Origin: Sedimentisphaerales bacterium
GTDB lineage: Bacteria; Planctomycetota; Phycisphaerae; Sedimentisphaerales; Anaerobacaceae
Length of the DNA: 64,000 bases
Assembly (NCBI GenBank): GCA_963708075.1
Contig: OY970194.1
Span: forward strand, 2,432,001 to 2,496,000
Direction of reading: 5' to 3'
A model generated the notes under the pieces. It saw only the letters and a program-made list of their open reading frames with translations, did no database searches and was not told the origin of the DNA. The translations under genes were made by a program, and so were the position numbers. Positions 1-10,497 of this stretch are shown one piece after another. How positions within the stretch are numbered: position 1 is the stretch's first letter; each line of letters opens with the position of its first letter.

Positions 1-361
1 GAGCACGCGTGGCAACTGGGACGTGTGTACGTCGGTTTCGCCCGACGGCAAGGCATGGTCGTCGCCGAAGGCGATCGTCGATGCCAATGACAACCAGGTG
101 AATCCCGCCATCGCCGCCAGCCGGCAGCCGAACGGTCTGGTTGCTGTCCTCTGGCAGGATGATCGGGCGGACAACCAGGACGTGTACATGGCCACATCGA
201 CCGATGCGTTCACTACCGCTGAAGTCACTGCGGTGACTTCCGACGAGGCGGATCAGACCGATCCGGCCGTGATCGTCGACGGTGAAGATGCCATCTTCAT
301 GCGGTGGACGGACACGAGGACCAATTCGGCCGCTGAGGTGGAAGCTCCTCAAGAGCCGTAA
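1..361 (+). CDS. C-terminal part of a BNR/sialidase-like beta-propeller repeat protein (5' truncated by window edge)
   Basis: Repeated units S-x-DG-x-x-W / NQxNPAI / VxWQDDR / DVY typical of Asp-box propeller blades; ends abruptly after WTDTR. Confidence 0.55.
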   Translation, partial: STRGNWDVCTSVSPDGKAWSSPKAIVDANDNQVNPAIAASRQPNGLVAVLWQDDRADNQDVYMATSTDAFTTAEVTAVTSDEADQTDPAVIVDGEDAIFMRWTDTRTNSAAEVEAPQEP

Positions 362-508
362 CCCCATCGCATCTGTCAGCTTGCATCTCTTCGGGGCGCC
401 GGGCAAACCCTTGCACGGCGCCCTGAGTCTTTTCCGGGGCCGGACATTTCCGGGACGGCACTTGCACGGCCAGGGTCAAGTCGGCGCCACAGTATGCAGG
501 CGGCCTGA

Positions 509-772
509 TTAGACTACATCCGGCTCTTCTTTTTGGCCCTCGTACTCCAAAGAGCCTGAGCGTTCTGACGCCGTGGTCAGCCATTTGCGAAGCTGGTCCA
601 TGTCTTTGGCCTCGATCTCTCCGACGTCGGCCAGCTCCTCCAGGTTGTGGATCCAGCCTCGCCGCTCGCGGAACTCGATGATTGCCTCGGCTTTGCTGTT
701 GTCAACGCCCGGAATCTCCGCCAACTCCTCCCTCGATGCTTCATTGATGCTGTATTTCCTGTGCTCCGCCAT
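509..772 (-). CDS. ComEA-like helix-hairpin-helix DNA-binding protein
   Basis: INEASREELAEIPGV...AEAIIEFRERRG...LEEL HhH_3 signature; AAGGAG RBS before ATG at 772. Confidence 0.85.
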   Translation of the reverse strand: MAEHRKYSINEASREELAEIPGVDNSKAEAIIEFRERRGWIHNLEELADVGEIEAKDMDQLRKWLTTASERSGSLEYEGQKEEPDVV

Positions 773-812
773 GGTTGTCTCCTTTGTCATTGTGCGCTCG
801 TATAGGCCCACC

Positions 813-828
813 TGCAGGCATTACGCCA
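813..828 (-). promoter_or_regulatory. Possible sigma-54 (-24/-12) promoter of the HhH gene
   Basis: Minus strand TGGCGT-AATGC-CTGCA gives GG-N10-GC about 40 nt upstream of the ATG; only a partial consensus match. Confidence 0.3.
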
Positions 829-1087
829 CCGGCGACGCGAGGTTGGGTGGCGCAGGACTATGTCTGCTATGGTTTGGTGCGGCAATCAGGGCCGGCAGAA
901 GGCTCAGGGAACTCATGAGGGACCGTTTCCAGTCGAGACTTGTTTCGATAAACCCCGTGAACAGATTGAAGGACAGATATACCCTCCCCTAGGCATATTC
1001 CTGATTGTCTGTCCTCCAGGGCCGGAGTAGAGGGATGGGGATGGACCGGACAAGTAAGGCGTATGATGATGAATATGCGAGGATATC

Positions 1088-1528
1088 ATGATGCTTCAAG
1101 AAAGGACTTCCCGGCGGGACTTTCTCTGCCTCGGCGCGGCAGCAGCAGTCGCATGCGGCGGTTGTGCAGTTCTTGGCTCCCGCAAGGCGGACGTAACGGC
1201 CGAACCAAAACAAGGGGTTATCCGCCTGACCGGGGCTCAGTCAGCAGCCCTGCTCGCGTCCGAGGGCAGTACTCTTGTCAAACCCAAGGGGCTTCGCGAC
1301 AAAATCCTGGTGATGCACCTCACTGACAACGCCCTGCTTGCCGTCAGTGCGATCTGTACGCACCGGGGCTGCACGGTCAACTATAACAAGGACATGGGTC
1401 GCATCGACTGTCCCTGTCACGGCTCGCAGTACTCGCCGGACGGCAGCGTCATCCGAGGCCCAGCCAAACGCCCGCTCAAGCAATACAAAGTCACGACAGA
1501 GGGCGGACAGGTCCTGATCATGGTTTGA
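1088..1528 (+). CDS. Tat-exported Rieske [2Fe-2S] protein
   Basis: SRRDFL twin-arginine signal; CTHRGC and CPCHGS ligand motifs; GPAxRPL end motif. Confidence 0.9.
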   Translation: MMLQERTSRRDFLCLGAAAAVACGGCAVLGSRKADVTAEPKQGVIRLTGAQSAALLASEGSTLVKPKGLRDKILVMHLTDNALLAVSAICTHRGCTVNYNKDMGRIDCPCHGSQYSPDGSVIRGPAKRPLKQYKVTTEGGQVLIMV

Positions 1529-1550
1529 GCCACTCGCCAATACATGGCTA

Positions 1551-2384
1551 TCATTCCACAGCAGCGATTGTGCGTCTGATGCACCGAAAACCCCGATCAT
1601 CATCCCACGGATATGGGGGATACTTGGGGTTGGGGTCGCACTCTTGCAGGCGGGGCTCGACTGTCTCTACCAGGAGGTTGCCGGTCATGCTGCCCAACCG
1701 GGTTCGATATGCGGGACAGCGGGTCCACGCCCCGCCCCGTAGGGCGAAACAGGTCTCGCCCACCTTGCAGTACTCCCATGCATTGCCCACCATGTCGTGC
1801 AAACCCCAGGGGTTTGGCAGCTTACGGCCGACGGGGCGCGTGCCTGTGCCGTCCGTATTGCAGCGGTGCCAGGCATATCGACCGTCAACGTCGTCCCCCC
1901 AGTAAAACGCCGTGGAGGTGCCGGCCCGACAGGCGTAGACCCATTCTGCTTCCGTCGGCAGATCCATCCCGGCCCACCCTGCATATTGCAGAGCATCGGC
2001 ATAACTGAGGTATACAGCCGGATGGTTCGCCGCCTGCCTGAAACCCGGGCTTTTCCAGGTGAAGCGGTTCCCGGCTTTCTCGGCGTCCGTGACGTACCCC
2101 GTTTGGCGGACAAACCGGCGAAACTGTCCGACCGTCACTTCCGTCTGTCCCAGCCAGAACCCATTCTCAAACGTCATCTGCTGTGAAACCGTCTTCTCCG
2201 GATTGTTCGGGTCCTTTGGCACAGCAAGGATTTGGGCCAGGAGGCTCCCCGCAGGGACCCGGACGAACTTCATATCGTCCTTCGGATTGCGCCACACCCT
2301 TGCCTGTGAATGAGATTGCGTGGCACACGCCGGCAGGAGACTCAAGCTGCTCACGCACAAGACCATCAATGTTCTGCGAACCAT
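1551..2384 (-). CDS. Formylglycine-generating enzyme (SUMF1/FGE-sulfatase) fold protein, probable lipoprotein
   Basis: TEVTVGQF, LPTEAEWVYACRAG, PNPWGLHDMVGNAWE, RGG, GFRC motifs; LLPAC lipobox-like signal; GGAGG RBS. Confidence 0.88.
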   Translation of the reverse strand: MVRRTLMVLCVSSLSLLPACATQSHSQARVWRNPKDDMKFVRVPAGSLLAQILAVPKDPNNPEKTVSQQMTFENGFWLGQTEVTVGQFRRFVRQTGYVTDAEKAGNRFTWKSPGFRQAANHPAVYLSYADALQYAGWAGMDLPTEAEWVYACRAGTSTAFYWGDDVDGRYAWHRCNTDGTGTRPVGRKLPNPWGLHDMVGNAWEYCKVGETCFALRGGAWTRCPAYRTRLGSMTGNLLVETVEPRLQECDPNPKYPPYPWDDDRGFRCIRRTIAAVE

Positions 2385-2398
2385 GTCCACACCTCCGG

Positions 2399-2872
2399 TC
2401 AGATGGCCACGATCAGTGTGTCTTCGATGAGATTGACAGGGTAGGACTTGAGCGGTGTCTCGGCGGGCCCTTTCACGATCTGGCCGCTCAGGTCGAAGAT
2501 GGAGTGGTTGAAGTTGTTGCATTGCAGGATGCCGCGATTGCGGTTGTAGCTGATGGTCTGCCCGCCATGCGTGCAGAGCCGCGATAACGCGAAGTATTCC
2601 CGCCGGTCGGCCCGCACGAGGATTAATTTAAGTGACTTCTCCTCGTTGGTGACGTAGACGGCGGTGCCCACTTCGCCCAGCGAATGCGCCTTCGTCAGGT
2701 CAATTACCAGGCGGTTCTGCTCGATGGTCAGACTCGCAGGTTCCAGGTCCGGCGTGTCACAGCAGGTCGATCGCGGTGAGACAGGGCCATTCGTTGCTCG
2801 GCATCCGCAAACACCGCCCGCCAGCAGTGCGGAAGCGCGAATCACATCTCTTCGGCTCATCTTCCGTTGCAT
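2399..2872 (-). CDS. Tat-exported Rieske-like [2Fe-2S] protein with atypical second ligand motif
   Basis: SRRDVI Tat signal; CTHGG first motif; CNNFNHS second motif; GPAETPL end motif. Confidence 0.8.
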   Translation of the reverse strand: MQRKMSRRDVIRASALLAGGVCGCRATNGPVSPRSTCCDTPDLEPASLTIEQNRLVIDLTKAHSLGEVGTAVYVTNEEKSLKLILVRADRREYFALSRLCTHGGQTISYNRNRGILQCNNFNHSIFDLSGQIVKGPAETPLKSYPVNLIEDTLIVAI

Positions 2873-3258
2873 GCCAGTTCACTCCAGGTAAAACGTGATC
2901 GGTCAGCCACGACTACAAATGCAGTTGCGCGGGGGACCCCCATGTTACAGGCACATGCGGCAAAAGTGTGCGACTAAATTTCGTGGGGGAGATTCTGTCG
3001 GCCGGTTGGGAAAGCTCGTCTTTTGGGCCTTTTTCACGCGGGGCACAAGGGTCGTGCGAGGATGCACGACCTACGAAGAGTGCCGACGGCTCTGGGCGTA
3101 GGGTGGGCGTCCTCGCCCGCCCTGCGAAGCCATCGGGGCCCACGAAATGTAGTCACGCACCGGCAAAAGCGGAGCGCGATTTATCATTGCATTTTGTGCC
3201 CTGTGGCGGTACATAGGAATGAACAGTTCAGGCTTCGTCACTTGAAAGGGATCAGCCC

Positions 3259-4486
3259 ATGTTGAAAATCGGGATGATTGGAGCAGGTTTTGTCGCGAAG
3301 TTCCACGAGCGGGCCTTGCGGTCCGTGCGGAACGTGGAACTCGCGGGGATCTATGCGCTGAAGGGCGCCGAAGCCCTGGCCCAGGTCGCCCGGCAGGACC
3401 ACCTTGGTGACACGAAGGCCTACAACTCCATTGCTGAGCTGACACGAGCCGTGGATGTCGTCTGCATTTTCGCCCCGAACTTCGCCCGCGTCGAGATGAT
3501 GCGGGAGATCGCCCGGGCCGTCGAGGACGGCGCGGAGATCAAGGGCATCATCATTGAAAAGCCCCTGGCGCGCAACGTCAGTGAGGCGGACACGCTGGTG
3601 CGAATCGCCAAGGCGATGAATGTCCCTACGGCGTACTTCGAAAACCAGATCCACATGCCCGCCATCGTCCAGGCCCGTGCCCAACTGCTCCAGGTGGAAA
3701 AGGCGATGGGCGCCCCTCATCTGGCGCAGCGCCGAGGAGCACGGCGGTCCCCATGAGCCCTGGTTCTGGAACCCCACCACGCAGGGCGGCGGCGTCTGCT
3801 GCGACATGGGTTGTCACAGCATCGCCTGCGGCATGTACATGATCACCCCGGCCGATAAACCCGTGAATTACCTCAAGCCGCTACGCGTCAGCGCGACGAT
3901 GGCACTGCTCAAATGGGGCAAGCCGCCGTGGATCGGCCAGCTCAAGCAGCGCGGGGTGGATTACTCCGCTACGCCTGCCGAGGATTATTCCAGCGTCACC
4001 CTTGAATTCGAGGACCCGGGCACCGGGCAGCGCAGCGTCGTCCAGGCGACGAACTCCTGGATGTACGACGCTCCCGGGCTTCGCCTGCTGATGGAGACCT
4101 TCGGGCCGGGGTATTCGTATACCGTCAACTCCCTGCAGTCGCCTGCGGGCATGTTCATCAGTGACGCCGCGGCGACCGCCGTGGCGGATAGCGAGCTAGC
4201 CCTGGAGAAATCCCAGGCGTCCCGTGGGGCGCTCATCCTGCAGCCCGACGAGATCGCTCTGTACGGCTACATCGCCGAATGGATCGATGCGCTCCAGGCG
4301 TTCGAGAAAGGCCGGGATGCCCTGCTCAACTTCGAATATGGCAAGCTGATTGCGACGTTGATCATGGCGGCGTACATGGCGCACGAGAAGCGAAAGGTCA
4401 TCGATCTGACGGATGCGCGTATCCTCAGCGAGCTCGAGAACTACGTCCCTCTGATCCAGCAGGGCAAGGGCAAACAGGTGCTGTAG
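3259..4486 (+). CDS. Gfo/Idh/MocA family oxidoreductase (frameshift near 3725)
   Basis: KIGMIGAGFV Rossmann start and EKP in ORF 3259-3756; continues as SAEEHGGPH...GGGVCCDMGCH in ORF ending 4486. Confidence 0.85.
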
Positions 4487-4669
4487 AGTCGCCGGCGGCG
4501 TGAGCATCAGTTCCCGTCTTCGCCTTTGGACGTGGACACATCCTCATGGATGAGGACTTTACGATCCGGATTATTGGCAGAAAACTGAGAGCACCCAGGC
4601 CCCGGAATCGTATGCATACCATGCGTCGTGTGAGTGAATTGGCAATCATCGTAAGGATTGAGCAGAACA

Positions 4670-6301
4670 ATGTCCGGATCGAATGGGAGAAGATACAGGC
4701 TGCGAATTGTCGTGCCGGCGTTTCCGGGATTCAACATCTACTCCAGCATCGCCAGCATCACTACGGCCCTGGGTCCGGTATGCGTGGCCAGTGCCGTGAA
4801 CGAGATGGAGGGCTGGGATGCGGAGGTGATCGATGAGAACAATCTGGGCCGATACGGCCCGCGAGGTCCTCACGGGGGGGCCGATCACGATATGCTTCAG
4901 GAACAACGGCCCGCCGATGTCGTCGGGTTCTACGGCGGTTTGACCAGCACGGTCCCTCACCTGTACGAACTGGCCCGGCAGTACAAGCGGCACGGCGTCA
5001 TAACCATCGCCGGCGGGCAGCACTTCGCAGGCGACAATATCGCCGAGGCGCTGTCCTCGGGCATCGATTACGTGGTTCTGGGCGAAGGCGAGTGGACGAT
5101 CCGCGAGCTTCTGGCTGCTGTGCAGGGTGGCCGCGATGTACGCGACATCCAAGGCATCGCCTACTTGCAGAATGGCCAGGTGGTCAACACCGGGCAGCGC
5201 GAGCCGCTTACAGAGTTCAGCCTGCTCCCCTATCCGGATTTTTCCCTGGTCCGCTATGCCCGAATCAAGATCTATCCGGTCGAGCGGGTGCGCGGCTGCT
5301 GCATGAACTGCGAGTTCTGTACGGTCAAGGGCAAGCCCCGGCCGGCACCGGTCGAACGGCTGCTCGGAAGCATCAGCGAGCTCGTGGAAACCCACAAGGC
5401 CAGGAGTTTCTTCATCGTCGATGACCTGTTCGGCCAGGACCGTGAGGAGACGCTGCGCTTTTGCCGGCTGCTCGCAGAGTATCAAGAGCGTATTGGCAGG
5501 CAATTAGTGACAACCGTGCAAATCCGGCTGGACAAAGCCAGAGACCCGGAACTGTTGGCCGCCATGCGTCAGGCGGGAATCCGGAACGTGGCCATCGGTT
5601 TTGAGTCGCCCATCGACGAGGAACTGAAGGCTATGAACAAGCATCTTGATTCCGGGCAGATGCTATCCCTTGTCCGGGTCTTTCGCCGAGCCGGGTTCAC
5701 CGTGCACGGAATGTTCATCTTCGGTTACCCGATGCCGCCGGGGGTCGAGTTCACCATGCCCCTCGCGGAGCGGGTGCAACGATTCAAGAGCTTCATCCAC
5801 CGGGCCAAGATCGACACCGCACAGGTCCTGCTCCCCGTCCCCCTGCCCGGCACGGCCCTGCGCCGCCGGCTCCAGGAGCAAAACAGGGTCTATCCGATCC
5901 AGGAGGTTGGCTGGGAATACTATGACGGCAATTTCCCGCTCTTCGAGCCCGATGACTCGATCGATCCGGAACAACTGCAACGAGCGGGCAAGAGGATCAT
6001 GAGCCGCGTGTACCAGTTCCACTACCTGTTCCTCGTGGTGGCCAGCATCCTTTCCTTCCCGGCGCTGGCCCTGTCGCTTCACCGCCTCAATTTTGCCTGG
6101 CGACAGTGGAACCGGCGATGGCGTAGCCGCGTCATTCGTTTTGGCGGCTGGATCACCATCCGCAAGTGGACCTCCAATTTCCGGAGGAGCGATTTCCTCC
6201 AGCGTCTGCAAACCGCCAGGGAGCAGTTGCGCACCGGGCGCAGCCCTGTTCCCTGCCGCCAGCAGACCGACCGACCTTTGCAGCCTTCTGACCGCGTGTG
6301 A
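4670..6301 (+). CDS. B12-binding radical SAM protein
   Basis: N-terminal cobalamin-binding region (IAGGQH, VVLGEGE); RGCCMNCEFC CxxxCxxC; FIVDDLF, IGFES, PLPGT. Confidence 0.9.
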   Translation: MSGSNGRRYRLRIVVPAFPGFNIYSSIASITTALGPVCVASAVNEMEGWDAEVIDENNLGRYGPRGPHGGADHDMLQEQRPADVVGFYGGLTSTVPHLYELARQYKRHGVITIAGGQHFAGDNIAEALSSGIDYVVLGEGEWTIRELLAAVQGGRDVRDIQGIAYLQNGQVVNTGQREPLTEFSLLPYPDFSLVRYARIKIYPVERVRGCCMNCEFCTVKGKPRPAPVERLLGSISELVETHKARSFFIVDDLFGQDREETLRFCRLLAEYQERIGRQLVTTVQIRLDKARDPELLAAMRQAGIRNVAIGFESPIDEELKAMNKHLDSGQMLSLVRVFRRAGFTVHGMFIFGYPMPPGVEFTMPLAERVQRFKSFIHRAKIDTAQVLLPVPLPGTALRRRLQEQNRVYPIQEVGWEYYDGNFPLFEPDDSIDPEQLQRAGKRIMSRVYQFHYLFLVVASILSFPALALSLHRLNFAWRQWNRRWRSRVIRFGGWITIRKWTSNFRRSDFLQRLQTAREQLRTGRSPVPCRQQTDRPLQPSDRV

Positions 6302-6397
6302 ATGGTGTCTCCGGTCGAACGGATGGCAATGCCGCAGTTTCACAGATCCTGCGGCTGAAACTACCACGCTCGGCGCCTCTCACAAACCCACCTGCCG

Positions 6398-6637
6398 CGT
6401 GCCATGTCTACGCTTGTACGCGTTTGACGTGAAACCTCCCCTGCTCCGGGTGGCACCGCCAAATGCGGTGACGGCGCTGTCTCGATAGGCCCGGCCACTC
6501 CGAGAGCCCACAGACAAACGAGTTTGTCCGTGCCACCCAAGATCATGCCTTCATGGGCTAAGCACGTACCTATGCGTGCGTAGACATGTTCGATTCAATA
6601 GGCACAGCATGCTTACGTGAGCGTAAGCATGGCACCC
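6398..6637. repeat. Cluster of REP-like palindromes capped by GGGTG(G/C)C
   Basis: gggtggcaccgccaaatgcggtg (6448), cacagacaaacgagtttgtccgtgccaccc (6509-6538), catgcttacgtgagcgtaagcatggcaccc (6608-6637) and degenerate copies. Confidence 0.65.
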
Positions 6638-6678
6638 ATGGCCTTGAGACATGCTCGGAACGACGGTCTCTTTCTGAG

Positions 6679-6718
6679 ACTATCCGGGAAGCGACATACC
6701 TGTCTCTTCCCGGATAGT
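6679..6718 (-). terminator. Stem-loop downstream of the RRM gene
   Basis: actatccgggaag...cttcccggatagt 13-bp perfect stem just after the stop codon. Confidence 0.55.
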
Positions 6719-6741
6719 TGCAGGGCTTACGAAATGGGATA

Positions 6742-7060
6742 TCAGTACCGGTCGCCGCGTCCGCCGCGTCCGCCACCACCACCGCCGTATCCGCCGCCGC
6801 CGCCACCGCCTCGCTTCGGCGTCTTGGGCTTCGCTTCGTTGACCATGATGCTTCGGCCGCGAAGGTCCGTGCCGTTGAGGGCCGCGATGGCCGCGTCGGC
6901 ATCTTTGCGCCGGCATCTCGACGAACCCGAATCCTCGCGATTCACCGCTGAACCGATCCTTCACGACGCTGGCGGATTGCACATCGCCGTAGGTGGCGAA
7001 AAGCTGCCGCAATTCCTCGTCCGTGACCTCGAATGACAGATTCCCTACGTAGATATTCAT
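6742..7060 (-). CDS. RRM-domain RNA-binding protein with Gly-rich tail (frameshift near 6910)
   Basis: [10 protein letters not shown] (RNP2), SRGFGFVEM (RNP1), then [11 protein letters not shown]...VNEAKPK...GGGGYGGGG in another frame; AAGGAG RBS. Confidence 0.9.
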
Positions 7061-7469
7061 CTTCTACTCCTTTGCTTCATTGAGCGTGTGTCCCGGCCTC
7101 GGCAACGGTCTCCGATCAGCACGGGGCTGCACCTTCACTTCGATTTTATACTCTTCTTGTATCCTATAGAATCAGCGAAAAGAGGGGATCAAAGGCGGGA
7201 AATCAGTATCGGGTCAATCAACGTTGATTCCACTCTCACGACGCATCATCCAGTTTCTCCTGTAATATTTTGGCAGGATACCGCGCCACAGGAGCCGTTG
7301 CAAGCACCAAATTTCATCTATTTTCGAAAAGAATTGTAGTTATTTTGCTTATGGGGGACAGGGGAAGGTTCCAGACAGCAAATTGATTTGGACACCGGCT
7401 TCTGTTAACATTGTCCCATGCCGTAGAATGCTGAATGTTGATTACGGGCAACTGGAAGGGGTAAGGAGT

Positions 7470-9455
7470 ATGCTTAGAAACCTGTGGGGTGTATCGATCC
7501 TGTTTACAGCTTTCCTTGTGTTTGGCGATGGAGCGGCTGCGTACGCTGAGGAGGTTGTCCGGTTGGGGGAACTGGATCTCTCGAAGATGTCGAGCGGGTG
7601 GGGCAAGCCGCTGGCGGACAAGACGGTTACAGACAAGACAATCTCCATCGGCGGGCAGGCGTTCGAGCACGGCGTAGGGACCCACGCCGAGTCACTATTC
7701 TATGTAAAGCTCGACGGCAAGACGGAGCGATTCCGTGCGCAAGTTGGCGTGGACGATGCGACCAACGGCAGAGGGACGGTGCGGTTCCAGGTGTACGGCG
7801 ATGGCAAAAGGCTGTTTGACAGCCGGACGATGAAAGGCGGGCAGAAGGCCAAGACCATAGATGTGTCACTGACAGGCGTTCGGTATCTGATGCTGATTGT
7901 GACCTCAGGCAGCGACGGGACCGATTTCGACCACGCGGACTGGGCGCAGGCGGAGTTTGTCGTCGCCGGCGACAAGCCGCAGGCCCTCGATGTGCCGAAG
8001 CCGCCTGTAGAGGAGCGAATCGTCCTTACGCCCAAGCCCGGACCTCAGCCGAAGATCAACGGGCCGAAGGTGTATGGCGCCCGGCCGGGCCGGCCCTTCA
8101 TCTATCGTATCCCCTGCACGGGCACACGGCCCATTCAGTTCGCGGCCGCCAACCTGCCGCAGGGTATGGAACTCGATGCCGCGACCGGTATCATCACCGG
8201 TCGCGTGCCGAAAGAACGAGGCGAAACGGTCGTGACCATAGAAGCGAGGAATGAGCACGGATCGGATCTGCGGACATTCAAGCTGTTGGTCGGCGACATG
8301 CTGGCCCTGACGCCGCCGATGGGCTGGAACAGTTGGTACATCCATTACACCCACGTGACTGAGGAGCATATGCGCAACGCCGCCGACGTGATGATCTCCT
8401 CCGGCATGGCGGACCACGGTTACCAGTACGTCAATATCGATGACTGCTGGATGAAGCAAAAGGGGGACGAGCCCTATCGCGATAGCCAGGGGGCCATCCT
8501 GCCCAATGCGAAATTCCCGAACATCACGGGCATGGTCGATTACATCCACAGCAAGGGCCTCAAGGCCGGACTTTACACCGGGCCCGGCCCGTGGACCTGT
8601 GCCGGCTACGTCGCCAGCTACGAGCACGAGCAGGCCGACGCCGAGAAGTTCGCGGAGTGGGGGTTCGATTTCCTCAAATACGACTGGTGCTCCTACAGCC
8701 AGGTCGCCGGCGGCAAGGACCTCGAACACCTGCAACGGCCCTACAAGAAGATGGGCGACATCCTGAAGGAGTTGCCGCGAGACATTGTGTACAACCTTTG
8801 CCAGTACGGCATGGGCGACGTGTGGACGTGGGGCGCCGAGGTTGACGGCCACTGCTGGCGGACTACAGGCGACCTGGGCCTGGAGCAGGGCGCCCTGCTG
8901 CCTGGGTTCTACAACATCGGCCTGAGCAACGCCCGGCACTACGAGTATGCCGGCCCCGGCCACTGGAACGACCCGGACTACATCCTGATCGGCTGGGTAG
9001 GCAACGCCCACAACGTGAATGAGCCGGGCCAACCGACGAAGCTGACGCCCAATGAGCAGTACAGCTACATGTCCATGTGGTGCCTGATGGCCTCCCCGCT
9101 GTTCTTCTCCGGCGATATGGCTAAGCTCGACGACTTCACAGTCAATGTCCTGTGCAACCCCGAGGTGATCGACGTCGATCAGGACCCGCTCGGCAAGCAG
9201 GCCAAGCCACTGGTGCAGAACGACGAAACCCTGATAATGGCCAAGCCCATGGAGGACGGCTCACTGGCCGTGGGCCTGTTCAACCTGGCGGAACTGCAGC
9301 GAGAAATCACTGTGGACTGGACACTGCTTGGCATCGATGGCCCGCGCCAAGCCCGCGACCTGTGGCGGCAAAAGGACCTCGGCCGATCTACGGACCGCTT
9401 CACCGCGAGCGTTCCCCGTCATGGAGTGGCCCTGATTCGACTGCGTCCGGAATAG
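7470..9455 (+). CDS. Alpha-galactosidase (GH27) with NPCBM/NEW2 and Ig-like (He_PIG) domains
   Basis: Signal peptide; GVGTHA...VGVDD...DHADWA (NPCBM); TPPMGWNSW, VNIDDCW, DFLKYDWC, WRTTGD, WNDPD (GH27). Confidence 0.92.
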   Translation: MLRNLWGVSILFTAFLVFGDGAAAYAEEVVRLGELDLSKMSSGWGKPLADKTVTDKTISIGGQAFEHGVGTHAESLFYVKLDGKTERFRAQVGVDDATNGRGTVRFQVYGDGKRLFDSRTMKGGQKAKTIDVSLTGVRYLMLIVTSGSDGTDFDHADWAQAEFVVAGDKPQALDVPKPPVEERIVLTPKPGPQPKINGPKVYGARPGRPFIYRIPCTGTRPIQFAAANLPQGMELDAATGIITGRVPKERGETVVTIEARNEHGSDLRTFKLLVGDMLALTPPMGWNSWYIHYTHVTEEHMRNAADVMISSGMADHGYQYVNIDDCWMKQKGDEPYRDSQGAILPNAKFPNITGMVDYIHSKGLKAGLYTGPGPWTCAGYVASYEHEQADAEKFAEWGFDFLKYDWCSYSQVAGGKDLEHLQRPYKKMGDILKELPRDIVYNLCQYGMGDVWTWGAEVDGHCWRTTGDLGLEQGALLPGFYNIGLSNARHYEYAGPGHWNDPDYILIGWVGNAHNVNEPGQPTKLTPNEQYSYMSMWCLMASPLFFSGDMAKLDDFTVNVLCNPEVIDVDQDPLGKQAKPLVQNDETLIMAKPMEDGSLAVGLFNLAELQREITVDWTLLGIDGPRQARDLWRQKDLGRSTDRFTASVPRHGVALIRLRPE

Positions 9456-9485
9456 CGGGCGGCTGGGAAAACCAGGCAAATGCCC

Positions 9486-9514
9486 TTGCACGAGCGGGTC
9501 GCTGCGGATAGAAT
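9486..9514 (+). promoter_or_regulatory. Sigma-70-type promoter
   Basis: TTGCAC-N17-TAGAAT upstream of the prepilin-type gene. Confidence 0.5.
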
Positions 9515-9630
9515 ACTGCTGATGCCGCGTCGAGATTCCGGTCGAGTTGTTCATTCGGCTGTCGGCCGGTGGAGCATACGGGTTCTTTGCGAGTCTGATC
9601 AGGCCCGTCTTGAGACCTGGAGGTACTGCT

Positions 9631-10479
9631 ATGCGATCCAGAGGGTTCACACTCATCGAACTGCTCGTTGTCATTGCCATTATCGCCCTGCTGATGGCCA
9701 TCCTGATGCCCGCCTTGAGCAAGGCCAAGAACCAGGCCCAGGAGATGGCCTGCAAAGGCAATCTCAAGAACTACTGCCTGGCCATAACCATGTACCTCGA
9801 CGATAACGACGGCAGATTCCCCCTGCCGGAGAGCTGCTACTTCTCACAGCCAAGGCCCTATCCCATCGAATCCGGGATGAGTGAGGCCCTTCACCTGCGC
9901 TGGTGCAACGACGATGTCAACCTGAGTAAACACCCGGAATTTGCGGGCCCGTTCTTCCACTACCTGGCCAACGCCAAGGCCTTCATTTGTCCTACGTTCA
10001 AAACCCTGGCCGTCCGTAACTCCCAAGACCAGTTCTTCATGGCCGCCGGCGCAACGGTCAAGCATTACAGACCGTGGTACAACTACACGATGAATGCCTA
10101 TCTTGGCAGCGACAACGCGGGCGTGCAAGTGACCGGTGTGAAAAAGATCTCCCAGGTGAAACAGCCCGCCAATACATTCTCCTTTGTGGAAGAGAGCTCG
10201 CTGGTTGACACCAGCTACAACGCCTCGGGTCTCAACGACACGTTCATGGTCCCGGGGGATGACAACATGGTCAAGGGCTGGCTCAGCAAAGTCGGGGGCA
10301 ATCCCAATCTCATAAGACCCGGTCCCGAGGGCGTCGGACAGTTCTATGACGTGGTCAGCGGCTTCCACAACGCCTCCGCCGCCGACCTGTTCAGCGGCAA
10401 AGGCAACTGCGCGATCTTGGACGGCCACGTCGAAGCCTTCACGCGTGCGGAGACCTTCCCCCACGCCTACCCGCGATAG
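9631..10479 (+). CDS. Prepilin-type N-terminal cleavage/methylation protein (DUF1559-like, H-X9-DG-type C-terminus)
   Basis: [27 protein letters not shown]-terminal H...[19 protein letters not shown]. Confidence 0.9.
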   Translation: MRSRGFTLIELLVVIAIIALLMAILMPALSKAKNQAQEMACKGNLKNYCLAITMYLDDNDGRFPLPESCYFSQPRPYPIESGMSEALHLRWCNDDVNLSKHPEFAGPFFHYLANAKAFICPTFKTLAVRNSQDQFFMAAGATVKHYRPWYNYTMNAYLGSDNAGVQVTGVKKISQVKQPANTFSFVEESSLVDTSYNASGLNDTFMVPGDDNMVKGWLSKVGGNPNLIRPGPEGVGQFYDVVSGFHNASAADLFSGKGNCAILDGHVEAFTRAETFPHAYPR

Positions 10480-10497
10480 CGAGCGAAGGACGTGCCG

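Noticed and set aside
3720..3760. Programmed ribosomal frameshifting in the split genes
   Set aside because: No slippery heptamers at the junctions; these gene families are not known to be recoded; indel error is simpler
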